From Candidatus Nitrosopolaris sp. (GTDB taxonomy: Archaea; Thermoproteota; Nitrososphaeria; Nitrososphaerales; Nitrososphaeraceae): DNA of 64,000 bases. The stretch spans positions 2,794-66,793 of the forward strand of contig JBPYDU010000044.1 in assembly GCA_051985995.1 (NCBI GenBank). Direction: 5' to 3'. Under the pieces are notes generated by a model that did not search any database, had not been told where the DNA came from, and was given only the letters and a program-made list of their open reading frames with translations. Both the position numbers and the translations under genes were made by a program. Numbering within the stretch: the stretch's first letter is position 1; every line of letters begins with the position of its first letter. Shown here in pieces: positions 29,905-40,044 of this stretch.

Positions 29905-30379
29905 TATAATATCGTCAATTAATCAGACATATCGAATTCCAGTATCGTATTCTGAATGAGTTACCCCACAAATTAGACATTTTATCCTGCTTCGTATAAC
30001 TGGTTTCAATGTTCTTGTTATCGTTGTCATTATTCCATTCCATCAACAGATCGAAAATTAATCGTTGAGGTTAGGCTAAATGTGATAAGACGGAGAGCCG
30101 CAGGTTTTCGATAGTTCAGAATATGCATTACGAAGTTGCAAATTTATTCGCGGGAATTGGAACAATTTTTATATTTTCTTGTTTTATGTTTAGTGTAGTT
30201 CGTTATACATTCCTTAAGGGCGATTTAATAAACGCTATGATAATAACACATACTGAGCTAAAACGGGATAATCCATCGCAAAAAAATGGACTGAGGGTCC
30301 AATAGAACGTTGCTGAGGACAAGTCCTCTATTACTTTAGATAAGTATTTGTTTTCAAATGGTCCTATACTTTCTTCAAG

Positions 30380-30610
30380 TTGGAATATCCTGTTACGGTT
30401 CAGTCTGATGGCGTTAAATTGAAACCAGAAAAGATGATCATTAATCAGCTATATCATTGTATTTTTGAAGATAAAGTTTTTTTATTTTACAAAGACGAAG
30501 AAGAACTGCTACACTGCTATGAAGTCGAAAACCCTGACGCAGTAAAAGAAATCTCGGCAAATCCATCTGACACTGAAAAAATATTGAAAAAATATTCTCA
30601 GATCGAATAA
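30380..30610 (+). CDS. Conserved hypothetical protein upstream of Alba
   Basis: 76 aa with natural composition (YHCIF..KVFLFYKDEE..LHCYEVE). Confidence 0.7.
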   Translation: MEYPVTVQSDGVKLKPEKMIINQLYHCIFEDKVFLFYKDEEELLHCYEVENPDAVKEISANPSDTEKILKKYSQIE

Positions 30611-30665
30611 TGTACGAGCAATCAACAAACATTATATTCCAGAGCAAGAGATAAACCCTAGCCCA

Positions 30666-30971
30666 ATGTCGATTAGCAACACACACACTGGACATAAAGC
30701 GAGCAATGAGATTTTTGTAGGTAAAAAGCCTCTAATGACTTATGTTACTGCTACGCTAGTCCAACTCGCCAATGAGCCGATCGTGATTATAAAGGCTCGA
30801 GGAAAGAGCATAACCAGAGCTGTGGACGTCGCACAGATAATCGTGAAGAGGATGGACATGCTAGGATACAAAATTGGCCCTGTCAAGATAGGATCGGAAT
30901 CGGTGCAGTCTCCAGACGGAAGGTTGCGAAATGTTTCCACTATAGAAGTTTCGATTTCACGAGCAAGATAA
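30666..30971 (+). CDS. albA: DNA/RNA-binding protein Alba
   Basis: IFVGKKPLMTYV, IKARGKSITRAVDVA, IGSE, NVSTIEV. Confidence 0.96.
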   Translation: MSISNTHTGHKASNEIFVGKKPLMTYVTATLVQLANEPIVIIKARGKSITRAVDVAQIIVKRMDMLGYKIGPVKIGSESVQSPDGRLRNVSTIEVSISRAR

Positions 30972-31282
30972 CTATTGCATGATACAAATTCCTTAACACC
31001 CTAAGAATGGCATAAAGAATATAATTCAAATATTTGGCCATATCTGTTTGAAGCATTGTATCGCTCGGTTAGGGCTTTCACAATATGAATTAGGGAGGTT
31101 CTGTTAAATTGACTAAACACTTGCTATTTCGCTGTTGTGGGTGTTAAAAATAGACCCGAGATTTTAAGACAATACCAACAATGAATTCGCTAGTTATATA
31201 GAGGATGACGTTGATATCACTCTTGTCGTGGATTTAATGATATGGTGGAGGCCACTAAAAGTCAGCACTGCGTAATGAACTG

Positions 31283-32092
31283 GTGGTTCATGAGGATTTG
31301 TTTATCGATAGGAGGATGGAGGCTAACGAAACAAGATTTTGTTCATTGTGGACACAGCATATTAGAATTCGTGATTGCGCTGACCTATTTGTGAATGAAA
31401 AACTAACTGGAGATTATTTCTTCAATAGGCTGAACCCCTTCGTCTGCGTAGATACAAGGGATGTTATTGAAAATGCAGCGCAGATATGCCTGAAAAAGGG
31501 GATGGATTGCTATGTGCACGTTCATGATGAGAATACAGATGTCCAAAATTCTCTATTAGAGGCCGGTTTCCAGTTGACTGATACCATGCATGTTTTAAGA
31601 GCCAATTGGGATAAAGTTGAACGTGACGAAATATATGGTAACGATAAAAGTGATGACAGTAAAATTCAGGTAATTCGTGCTGATCTTAGGTCTACTTCCA
31701 GTTGGGTAGACGCTTTTTGCAGATCGTTTGATGTATTGGAATGGAAATCAGAGGTAAAAGATAAAATCGATCTGCATTTCAAGAATCTGATTTTACTGCT
31801 GTCTTATTTTCGAGTCAACGATACCTATGCCGAACTGGCTGGATGCGCCGCCCTTTTCGCTAACCATGGGATCATGGGTCTGTATTGCCTAGGAACAATT
31901 TCAAATTTCAGAGGCCGAGGGCTTGCTGTGAAAATGATTAGGGTCTCATTGCAAATAGCTCAGCGGGAACAGTTAGACTTTCTTTTTCTCCAAACGTTCA
32001 CAAACGAAGGACTGTTTCATTTGTACAAAAAATTAGGATTTCGCATTGTTTACAAGAAAAGAGTATACGCTTTGAAAAGAAATTTCAATTGA
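31283..32092 (+). CDS. GNAT family N-acetyltransferase
   Basis: GLYCLGT..NFRGRGLA acetyl-CoA loop and LYKKLGF. Confidence 0.88.
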   Translation: MVHEDLFIDRRMEANETRFCSLWTQHIRIRDCADLFVNEKLTGDYFFNRLNPFVCVDTRDVIENAAQICLKKGMDCYVHVHDENTDVQNSLLEAGFQLTDTMHVLRANWDKVERDEIYGNDKSDDSKIQVIRADLRSTSSWVDAFCRSFDVLEWKSEVKDKIDLHFKNLILLLSYFRVNDTYAELAGCAALFANHGIMGLYCLGTISNFRGRGLAVKMIRVSLQIAQREQLDFLFLQTFTNEGLFHLYKKLGFRIVYKKRVYALKRNFN

Positions 32093-32157
32093 GTTAGAGC
32101 TAGATCGCAATTCTTGATAAAGATATTAAGCTGATCATATCGGTACACTCACTGTAA

Positions 32158-33231
32158 ATGGGAAAAAAAGTTCGAGTAGCACTAGCTGGGATAGGGAATT
32201 GTGCATCAGCTCTCGTGCAGGGCACAAGATATTACTCTTCTCCTACCAAGAATAATCATGTGATAGGTCTGACGGCATACTCGCTTGGGGGAATTGAACC
32301 AAGTGACATTGAATTTGTTGCAGCTTTTGACATCACCGATTCAAAGGTGGGAAAAGACCTTTCTGAGGCAATTTTTGCTAAGCCAAACAATACTGTCGCT
32401 ATTACTGAAGTAAACAAAATGGATGTTAAGGTTACGAGATGTAAGGTTTTCGATGGTGTGGGCAAACATCTGAGCCAAAAGCTCAGAATTTCTGATAAGC
32501 CAACCGGAAATGTGGCAGATATCCTCAGACAGACCAAAACCGAAATACTGCTCAATTACTTACCGGTTGGAAGCAGGGAAGCTACTCAATATTATGCCAG
32601 GAGCTGCCTAGATGCTGGGGTCAGTTTCATCAATGCAATACCTGTCTTCATTGCATCCACTCCAAAATGGCAAGCTGCCTTCCAGAACAAGAATCTGTCC
32701 TGTGCAGGAGACGATATAATGAGTCAATTAGGTGCGACTGTACTCCACAAAACACTTGTAAAGTTACTCGTCGATAGAGGAGTAAAGATAGATGAGACCT
32801 ACCAACTGAACATGGGAGGGGACATGGACTTTTACAATATGCTCGACGACGAAAGACTGGAGGATAAGAGAATCAGTAAGACAAGTGCGGTCGCTGCGAT
32901 GGCGCCTTACGAGATTCCGATGCGAGTGGGACCGTCAGATTTTGTTCGGTTTTTAGAAAACGATAAGGTTTGTTATATCTCGTTAAGGGGGAAATACTTT
33001 GGTAACATGAAGATAGAACTGGATCTTAAACTACGAGTAGTAGATGCTTATAATAGCGCAGGAGTCATGATCGATGCTGTAAGAGGGGCAAAATTAGCGC
33101 TGGATAGGTCTGTCAGCGGCCCTCTTGAAAGTATAAGTGCGTACTGTTTTAAACATCCTCCAGTTCAGATGCCGTATTCACAAGCGAAGACGAATTTCTT
33201 AGAATTTATAGAAGGCAAACGAGAGCGCTAA
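32158..33231 (+). CDS. ino1: myo-Inositol-3-phosphate synthase
   Basis: GIGNCASALVQG, NYLPVGS, GDDI.SQ.GAT..H, YQLN.GGD.DF, SKT, NSAGV.IDAVR. Confidence 0.95.
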   Translation: MGKKVRVALAGIGNCASALVQGTRYYSSPTKNNHVIGLTAYSLGGIEPSDIEFVAAFDITDSKVGKDLSEAIFAKPNNTVAITEVNKMDVKVTRCKVFDGVGKHLSQKLRISDKPTGNVADILRQTKTEILLNYLPVGSREATQYYARSCLDAGVSFINAIPVFIASTPKWQAAFQNKNLSCAGDDIMSQLGATVLHKTLVKLLVDRGVKIDETYQLNMGGDMDFYNMLDDERLEDKRISKTSAVAAMAPYEIPMRVGPSDFVRFLENDKVCYISLRGKYFGNMKIELDLKLRVVDAYNSAGVMIDAVRGAKLALDRSVSGPLESISAYCFKHPPVQMPYSQAKTNFLEFIEGKRER

Positions 33232-33430
33232 AAGCAAAATTTCCAACGCATGGGAGCCTGCGAGATGGCGTTAATCGACAAGAGATAGGTTATTAATCGG
33301 CGCAGCAACTTTCTAATGCTTAGACATTAAAATGAGGGGCAATCTTTAGCGATACGTTGTCCTGAGTAAATTGTCAACAATAATTTCACACGTAATAAAT
33401 AAAGGTAAGTGAGTACCCGTCAATCAAGTA

Positions 33431-35083
33431 ATGACAACTGAATTAAGAGTGCATCCATCATTTTTCAGAGAATTCGCTACAAAGACTTGGGTTTCTCCAA
33501 ATGAAATTGTTAAGGAATTAATTGAAAATGCATTTGACGAGGATGCTACAATTTCCATTGTGACGATAATAAAAGACGGCTCAGTTGTGATAGAGGATAA
33601 CGCAGGAATGGACCAGGATAGTATGGAAAAATTCTTGCTCTTAGGATCTCCTCACAAAAAACATGATAAAATATCACCGAGATTAAAGCGAGTCAGAACT
33701 GGAAGATATGGAACTGGTAGACTGTCGTTTCTTACTTCGTTTGAAAGTATGAAGATAAGGACAAAGCGAGATAACTTTGAGAAGAGTATCATGATAGACG
33801 GGACTACTCTCGACAGGCTTTTTAGGGGAAATGCATTATTGGACGAATTGAAAGAGTCATCCTTGGGTCGCAATGGTACGGAGCTCACACTTAGAGGTTC
33901 GAAAACAATCATTGACGCGTTCAGACTGATAAAAGAGATCCGGAAACTCGCAATACTAAGACAACCTATGTTCGAAGTATATATCAAAGAGGCAGAAAAA
34001 ATTGTTGAATGGGATTTTAATGGTGCGCAGCAGATAATAGCCCCGGAAATACAAGGTCATAGGATCGGGTTAAGTCTAGAAGACGGGCGAATAACCGGTG
34101 AAATCGTTATTGCCAGAAGACCGTTGACTGAGGATGAAAAGGGCATTGCCATTATGGTCGGAAATCACATAGTAACTCGCGGTACTTTTGGCTTTGATAC
34201 TAAATTGAGCAGGGTAACAGGGTTTGTGAGGGATGATGCACTAACATCTAGGTTTGCTGACAAATCCGCTATAATTGAAGACGAAGAATATACAAAATTC
34301 AACCAGACAATGAGAACTTTCATTATAGAAACGGTGTTGCCTAGTTTGACAGAGTATGAAGACGTTTTGATCACTCGAGAAGAATCTAAGATCTACAGGG
34401 AGATCGATAAAGTGCTCGGACAGGCTGTTGTTGAAAATCTGGAAACTCACCAAGAGGTAGAGGGGTATGAGATAATTGATGTCAGTGAAAAGGCACCATT
34501 AGAGGGTGGTGAAGCAACTGCCAAGGCATTTACAAATATTTCCGGCGACAAGAATCCTTCTCTCATCGTACCTCAGGGAGCGCAGCCACATGCGGGCAGT
34601 AAGAACGAGTCACCTGCCATATCTGGAACTAGTATCACAGAGCAGCGCCAGATACAGCAACCAACTGCTCATATAGGTTCACCGCCGGCATTTGATAAGA
34701 CGAATTTGCTCTTTCAACAAGAACAGGTAGGGGCTCTTAGTACCCCTGTCACCACCGTGATAACTAAACAGATCAAGAAACCGATACTGAAAAGAACATT
34801 TGCCTTAAAAAAAGTGGGCTATAAGGTTATCCCGTATGAAGATGAATATGATTCTAGATACAGTTTCAAGAATGAGAATGTAGTATTTGTAAATAAGGCG
34901 AACTCGACCTACAAAGCAGAATCTGCGCGAGGGGAGGAGTTCCTTTTAAGACATATTATTAGTATTGTGGCAGAGGCATTGGCGGAAACGAAACATCCAG
35001 AAGGCAAGGATGCCCTTGAACTTCAGAACAGGCTGGTTGCCGAAGCGATAAGAATCCATGACCGTGCGCTTGCAAAAAGATGA
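33431..35083 (+). CDS. GHKL-superfamily ATPase (MORC/Hsp90-like)
   Basis: Bergerat motifs KELIENAFD, IEDNAGM, GRYGTGRLS and GTELTL, then a middle domain, a low-complexity linker and a C-terminal domain. Confidence 0.85.
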   Translation: MTTELRVHPSFFREFATKTWVSPNEIVKELIENAFDEDATISIVTIIKDGSVVIEDNAGMDQDSMEKFLLLGSPHKKHDKISPRLKRVRTGRYGTGRLSFLTSFESMKIRTKRDNFEKSIMIDGTTLDRLFRGNALLDELKESSLGRNGTELTLRGSKTIIDAFRLIKEIRKLAILRQPMFEVYIKEAEKIVEWDFNGAQQIIAPEIQGHRIGLSLEDGRITGEIVIARRPLTEDEKGIAIMVGNHIVTRGTFGFDTKLSRVTGFVRDDALTSRFADKSAIIEDEEYTKFNQTMRTFIIETVLPSLTEYEDVLITREESKIYREIDKVLGQAVVENLETHQEVEGYEIIDVSEKAPLEGGEATAKAFTNISGDKNPSLIVPQGAQPHAGSKNESPAISGTSITEQRQIQQPTAHIGSPPAFDKTNLLFQQEQVGALSTPVTTVITKQIKKPILKRTFALKKVGYKVIPYEDEYDSRYSFKNENVVFVNKANSTYKAESARGEEFLLRHIISIVAEALAETKHPEGKDALELQNRLVAEAIRIHDRALAKR

Positions 35084-35244
35084 AAAACAGTCGTATGACG
35101 CTTTTTCACCTTCAAGGCATATGGTGGATCTTTTAGGTCGATTCCGATTCTTGCTGTATTTTTGGCACAAGCAAGCTTAATAGTCATTGATTAATTGATA
35201 GAAACGCCTAAATCTGCCTCAAATAAGATATATCCCAGATTATA

Positions 35245-35841
35245 ATGGCTTTCCAATTTATGCCGGGGGCAACCGCTGTCGGAATCTCATTCGACAATGG
35301 GGTTGTATTGGCTTCAGAGAAACGCGTTTCATACGGCAACTTCGTAGTGAATAAGAATACAAGGAAAACTTTTCCGGTAACTGATCAGGTTGGAGCGGCA
35401 TGTGCCGGTATGATAGCAGACATGCAAATTTTGGTAAGACAGGTGGGAGCGCTTGCCAAGATTAGAAAGCTCGAAACAAGACGAACCGTGCCTCCGAATT
35501 CTATTGCAAAAATGATGTCTGTGATAATGTTCGAAAGAAGGTTCTTTCCATTATTGACACAAGTTATAGTAGGAGGAATAGACAATAAACCACAAATCTA
35601 TACGTTGGATCCTCTCGGCTCGGTGCTTCCAGATGATTATGCTGCCGTTGGATCAGGAGCGGAAATGGCACTTGGTGTTATGGATGGCGAATACAGGACC
35701 AATTTGTCAGAACAAGGAGCGAAGGAGCTAGCGGTAAAGGCAATTAAATCATCTATTCAAAGAGACTCTGCAAGCGGCGATGGAATTGACATATTATCCG
35801 TGACACTAAGTCGCCAACAAGAGGAAAGCCTTACTCTATAA
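35245..35841 (+). CDS. psmB: Proteasome beta subunit (non-catalytic type)
   Basis: GVVLASEKR, AG.IAD.Q, LDPLGS, AVGSG, RDSASGDG; N-terminus GATAVG instead of GTTTVG. Confidence 0.95.
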   Translation: MAFQFMPGATAVGISFDNGVVLASEKRVSYGNFVVNKNTRKTFPVTDQVGAACAGMIADMQILVRQVGALAKIRKLETRRTVPPNSIAKMMSVIMFERRFFPLLTQVIVGGIDNKPQIYTLDPLGSVLPDDYAAVGSGAEMALGVMDGEYRTNLSEQGAKELAVKAIKSSIQRDSASGDGIDILSVTLSRQQEESLTL

Positions 35842-35941
35842 ACCAAATATTTGTTCAGGAAAATAAAAGATAAAGCAAAGCCCCATTACTCTTCGAGTAT
35901 GACAGGAACAACGATTCATACCATGTAGGACCTGACAAAAA

Positions 35942-36715
35942 ATGTTGCCAACGATTACTAGATTCAAAGAATCAAAAAGATTCTTAGTTCTTAAGCAAGT
36001 ATTTTTGATTGCTTATCTAACAGGAATCCTGTGGCTACGAAGGAATCCAATATCTATGGTCTTTTCTGCAATAAGCCCCTTTTCGCTTTTATTTGTTTTG
36101 TTCGTGGTTAGCAATGGGCATTACATCCAGTTTGCCGTCACCGGGAGCCTTGTTATGGCTTTAGTAGGTTATGGACTTGCTCTTGGACAGGACATTTCTT
36201 TTTACAAGACCGAGTACAAAATCCAAGATGTCTTTGTCGCATCGCCGGTTTCTCCGTTGACATACATGACGGGGCTCGCATTGTCGCAACTCTTATTTGG
36301 GTTTCCGGCATTGACTGTACTTACAGTACTAGCGGCTTTCTTCGCAACCTCCATTACTAGCCTACCGCTACTGCTCTCAACTATTTTCTTGATTTGGGGT
36401 TCGATGTCCGCCATGGGCTTTTTTCTGTCGTCGCATATGCTGCATATGCGAAATGCAACTCAGGTTATATCATTTGTAAATGTCATATTGGCTGTGTTAC
36501 CGCCTGTCTTTTACTCGATCAGTAGGTTGCCTTTGGACCTACAGTATCTGGCGTATTTCGTCCCTACAACGCACGCGTCGCTTATGCTACAGTACACTAT
36601 GGGGCTTCCAACTCCGAAAGAATGGTCAATTAGCCTAGGCCTGCTGGTGCAGGTCTTGTACCTGCTTGGCTTTGTTATGCTGGCAAAAACAAAGGCAATA
36701 TGGCGGGAAGGCTAG
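35942..36715 (+). CDS. ABC-2 type transporter permease
   Basis: Six TM helices; ASPVS..TY..G, PVFYS...LP..LQ..AY.VPTTH. Confidence 0.85.
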   Translation: MLPTITRFKESKRFLVLKQVFLIAYLTGILWLRRNPISMVFSAISPFSLLFVLFVVSNGHYIQFAVTGSLVMALVGYGLALGQDISFYKTEYKIQDVFVASPVSPLTYMTGLALSQLLFGFPALTVLTVLAAFFATSITSLPLLLSTIFLIWGSMSAMGFFLSSHMLHMRNATQVISFVNVILAVLPPVFYSISRLPLDLQYLAYFVPTTHASLMLQYTMGLPTPKEWSISLGLLVQVLYLLGFVMLAKTKAIWREG

Positions 36716-36758
36716 AGAAAGACCTGCGACTTGCAATTAATTTCCAACTTTTTGTTGT

Positions 36759-37037
36759 TCACCTTACTATTATATTGTCGGTCATAACAACTACATCATT
36801 TAGCTGTCTATAAATTTCTAAGAAACGCATTCCTCTACTTGTTGTGCGGTAAATTCTGTCTGTCTCTCTATATTCTATCAAGCCATTTTCTAGCAAGAGT
36901 GCTAGGTATTCTTTCAGCTGTGGATAAGACAAATATACCCGGTGCATGATTTTTGCTTGTATAGCTTTACTCGTATTGGCAGTTTCAAGGATTTCGGCAA
37001 TTATTTCTAATCTGCTTCTGTGTTTCATGACTTGCAT
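36759..37037 (-). CDS. Winged-helix transcriptional regulator (DUF4364/HTH_45-like)
   Basis: RSRLEIIAEILE, IM..VYLSY.QLKEYL..L.ENGLI, YRTT.RG..FL. Confidence 0.9.
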   Translation of the reverse strand: MQVMKHRSRLEIIAEILETANTSKAIQAKIMHRVYLSYPQLKEYLALLLENGLIEYRETDRIYRTTSRGMRFLEIYRQLNDVVVMTDNIIVR

Positions 37038-37455
37038 AACGTAGTACTCTCTTCAAATAAAAGCCGGACTAAATACTATTATAGTATTCTTTTTTCAATA
37101 TTCTGATTAATTCTTTCATTTAGATATTTTTCTCTATTCTGGATTATCATAATAATTATTGATATCAATACCGTGAACATGTTATTATGAATTAGTATTA
37201 GAATTGACCGAATTTTCATATGATGCTAGATAGTCACCGACTTATGTTATGGGGATTGGTAATCAAGAAATGCAGCTATCAAATACTGGTGCGTTCAATC
37301 AGCTCATTAGTTCCATTATTGTAAGAATAATAATGTGCTTAACCAAAACATAGTCTATTATTTAACCTAATACAACAGGATATTCAGCCACGCCAGACTA
37401 GATTCAGAATAATAAGATTCTATTTGAATAGTTGTATGTGTGATTTTGAGTGGTA

Positions 37456-37500
37456 TTAAGTATACGTTTAAGTATACGTTTAAGTATACGTTCTATACGT
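37456..37500. repeat. Tandem repeat (TTAAGTATACGT)x3 plus a partial unit
   Basis: Exact 12-bp units at 37456, 37468 and 37480. Confidence 0.9.
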
Positions 37501-38027
37501 ATCTTGAAGACTCATTTGCGATTTTTGTGTGGATCCATTATGACTACGTGAGCCAATATTGCATTCATTGCTAACGTTATAGCCAATCATCATGGTTTCT
37601 AAACCTCGTCAAGTTTGCCGCCAATACGTTTACGAGTGATCTTACCCACCGGTTTTGGTAATGTTTTTCATAACGTAGGAGTAATTTCTTGAATCAAGGC
37701 CACAATTGAGGCAATCCTGCCGATTATAAATCTCCAGCATAGGAAGTCCTTCTTTCTTAAGTCAAAATGTTTGTAGAATCAGTCGCATGTTCTACTGAAC
37801 AGTACCGCTAAGATTGGCTTGTAAATCGTAATTCCATCGGCTAAGGAGATTCGATGATAAAGGCAAAAAGCTAATATATTACATTGCAAGTCGAAAATAA
37901 AATACCGTTTATTCGAAAAGACCTCTTCGCTTCGGCGGGTTCTGCGAACGTTGGACAAAATTTGGTTCGATCATGTGCTAGTTGATGTATTTATAAGAGC
38001 AATGAAAATAATGATTCCAGGTGAAAA

Positions 38028-39872
38028 ATGGCAGCATTTTCTAAAAGCAATATTGTTTTACTTTTGGTAATCGCTGCTATCGGAACCTCTTTATCAATTC
38101 TTTCGTATCAATATTCCTCGGTTACCGCTAAGGACATCGCAGATATAGCTTCACAAGAGATAAGATCCAACGCCAGAATTGAAGCACATGATCTTTCAGA
38201 ATTATTAATACATGATATACAATCGATTACCAATAACCAAAGAACACTTGCAGTCTCTCCCGCAATCCTGAACAACATGACTAAACTAGTCCAGGCTCTG
38301 ATCGACAATGCCCAGGCTTCTACTAGAGTACTGACTGACGGATATTACTTACTTGATCAACATGGCCGACTAATCGCTTGGAGTAATTCGAATGGCTCTG
38401 CCTTTGGAAGGTCTACCGGTCCCAACTTAAGCTCTCAAGAATATTTCAGTGTTCCAAATAAAACACATACTCCGTATTACACAAGCGTGATGACGTCGGC
38501 TGACAATGTTCCAAGGTTGTACATCGCTTTCCCTATTATGGTGCCAGAATCCAAATTTGACAATAGCGGCAAGATCAGCGCAACCATGACCTTCAAAGGA
38601 GTCATAGTCGCAGCGGTTAACGTTAATTCAATAGGCAGGTCATTACAGAGTGAACTATCCCCCGAGATTATTAGCAATGTAGGATTAATGGACAAGAATG
38701 GGGTGTTCTTGTACGCTAGAAACCATACTCTGATTGGCAAAAACTATTTGGGGGACGAGTTCCAGTCGTCAATTCCTGCTGAAATAAAGGATTCTTACAA
38801 CGGTATTTTAGGACGCTCATTGCAAGGCAAGTCGGGAGCAGAAGATATAACAGTTCGTAGTAACACTACCACCATATCCTACCAGCCAGTCACGATTGAC
38901 GGAAAACGTCTATGGACACTATATATTGGTTCACCGCACAGCTTAACCAGTAACGTCGGGCTTCTTATAGACCAGCAAAAGAATTTTAGCACATTAGCTG
39001 TTGTGGCGATTGGCGCGATTGCCGTGGGTATGGCCTTTCTTATTCTTTCCTGGAATAGGAGATTGGCTGGTGCAGTCGATGCAAGAACCTTAGAATTACG
39101 TCGCGCGAATGAATCGTTGATTGAATCCAACAAGCTGCTTGCTACCGCTAATGAACAGCTAAAGGTTCACGATAAGATGCAAAACGAGTTTATTAACGTC
39201 GCAGCGCACGAGTTGCGAACTCCTATTATGCCAATTCTTGGAGATGCCGAGTACATCGAGCACAAATTCGATATCACTAACGAAATAGTAGAGGTAGACA
39301 AAGAAACAATCAGTTCTATTATCCGCAATGCAAAACGTTTAGACCGACTCGCGTCGGATATTTTAGACGTTACAAGAATCGAAAGTAAATCGTTAAAACT
39401 AAATAAAGAGCAATTCGATTTATCCGAAGTCCTATCTGCCTGCATATTGGATCAGAGAGAACAAATAGAAAATAACGGTAGTACTGGCAGAAACGTCAAA
39501 ATAGATTTTACTCCGAGTAAAATCATAGTAGAAGCTGACAAGGGAAGGATAACACAAGTAATTTCAAATCTTCTAAGGAATGCAATAAAATTTACTTCGG
39601 AAGGCGTTATCTCAATCAACGCATTCAGAAAGGACCATCGTGTTACCGTTAGTGTGAAGGACACTGGTTCTGGCATTGACCCAGATATATTGCCTCGATT
39701 GTTTTCAAAATTTGTCACAAAATCAGATAAAGGTACGGGCTTAGGTCTCTTCATCTCAAAAAGTATTATAGATGCTCATGGAGGGATGATTTGGGCAGAA
39801 AACAACGCAAACGGGATAGGGTCCAAATTCACGTTCAGCATTCCTTCGGATGAAGGTACAACGTGGCCTTGA
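38028..39872 (+). CDS. Membrane sensor histidine kinase (Cache-like sensor, HisKA, HATPase)
   Basis: Two TM helices; AAHELRTP, NLLRNAIKF, DTGSGI, LFSKF, GTGLGL. Confidence 0.95.
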   Translation: MAAFSKSNIVLLLVIAAIGTSLSILSYQYSSVTAKDIADIASQEIRSNARIEAHDLSELLIHDIQSITNNQRTLAVSPAILNNMTKLVQALIDNAQASTRVLTDGYYLLDQHGRLIAWSNSNGSAFGRSTGPNLSSQEYFSVPNKTHTPYYTSVMTSADNVPRLYIAFPIMVPESKFDNSGKISATMTFKGVIVAAVNVNSIGRSLQSELSPEIISNVGLMDKNGVFLYARNHTLIGKNYLGDEFQSSIPAEIKDSYNGILGRSLQGKSGAEDITVRSNTTTISYQPVTIDGKRLWTLYIGSPHSLTSNVGLLIDQQKNFSTLAVVAIGAIAVGMAFLILSWNRRLAGAVDARTLELRRANESLIESNKLLATANEQLKVHDKMQNEFINVAAHELRTPIMPILGDAEYIEHKFDITNEIVEVDKETISSIIRNAKRLDRLASDILDVTRIESKSLKLNKEQFDLSEVLSACILDQREQIENNGSTGRNVKIDFTPSKIIVEADKGRITQVISNLLRNAIKFTSEGVISINAFRKDHRVTVSVKDTGSGIDPDILPRLFSKFVTKSDKGTGLGLFISKSIIDAHGGMIWAENNANGIGSKFTFSIPSDEGTTWP

Positions 39873-40044
39873 CACCACAAATATCATGACGGCATCATCC
39901 ATTTACAAGTGATCATATTTTATCATAGGTTCACGCATCTTCTTAGGATCGCTGTCATCAGGACAATTTTCAGCGTTAGGTTTAAAACCAAAGGTCTTAG
40001 GTTAGAGTAGAACGCATTGCGACTCTCTTTTCTCTAATTATACT

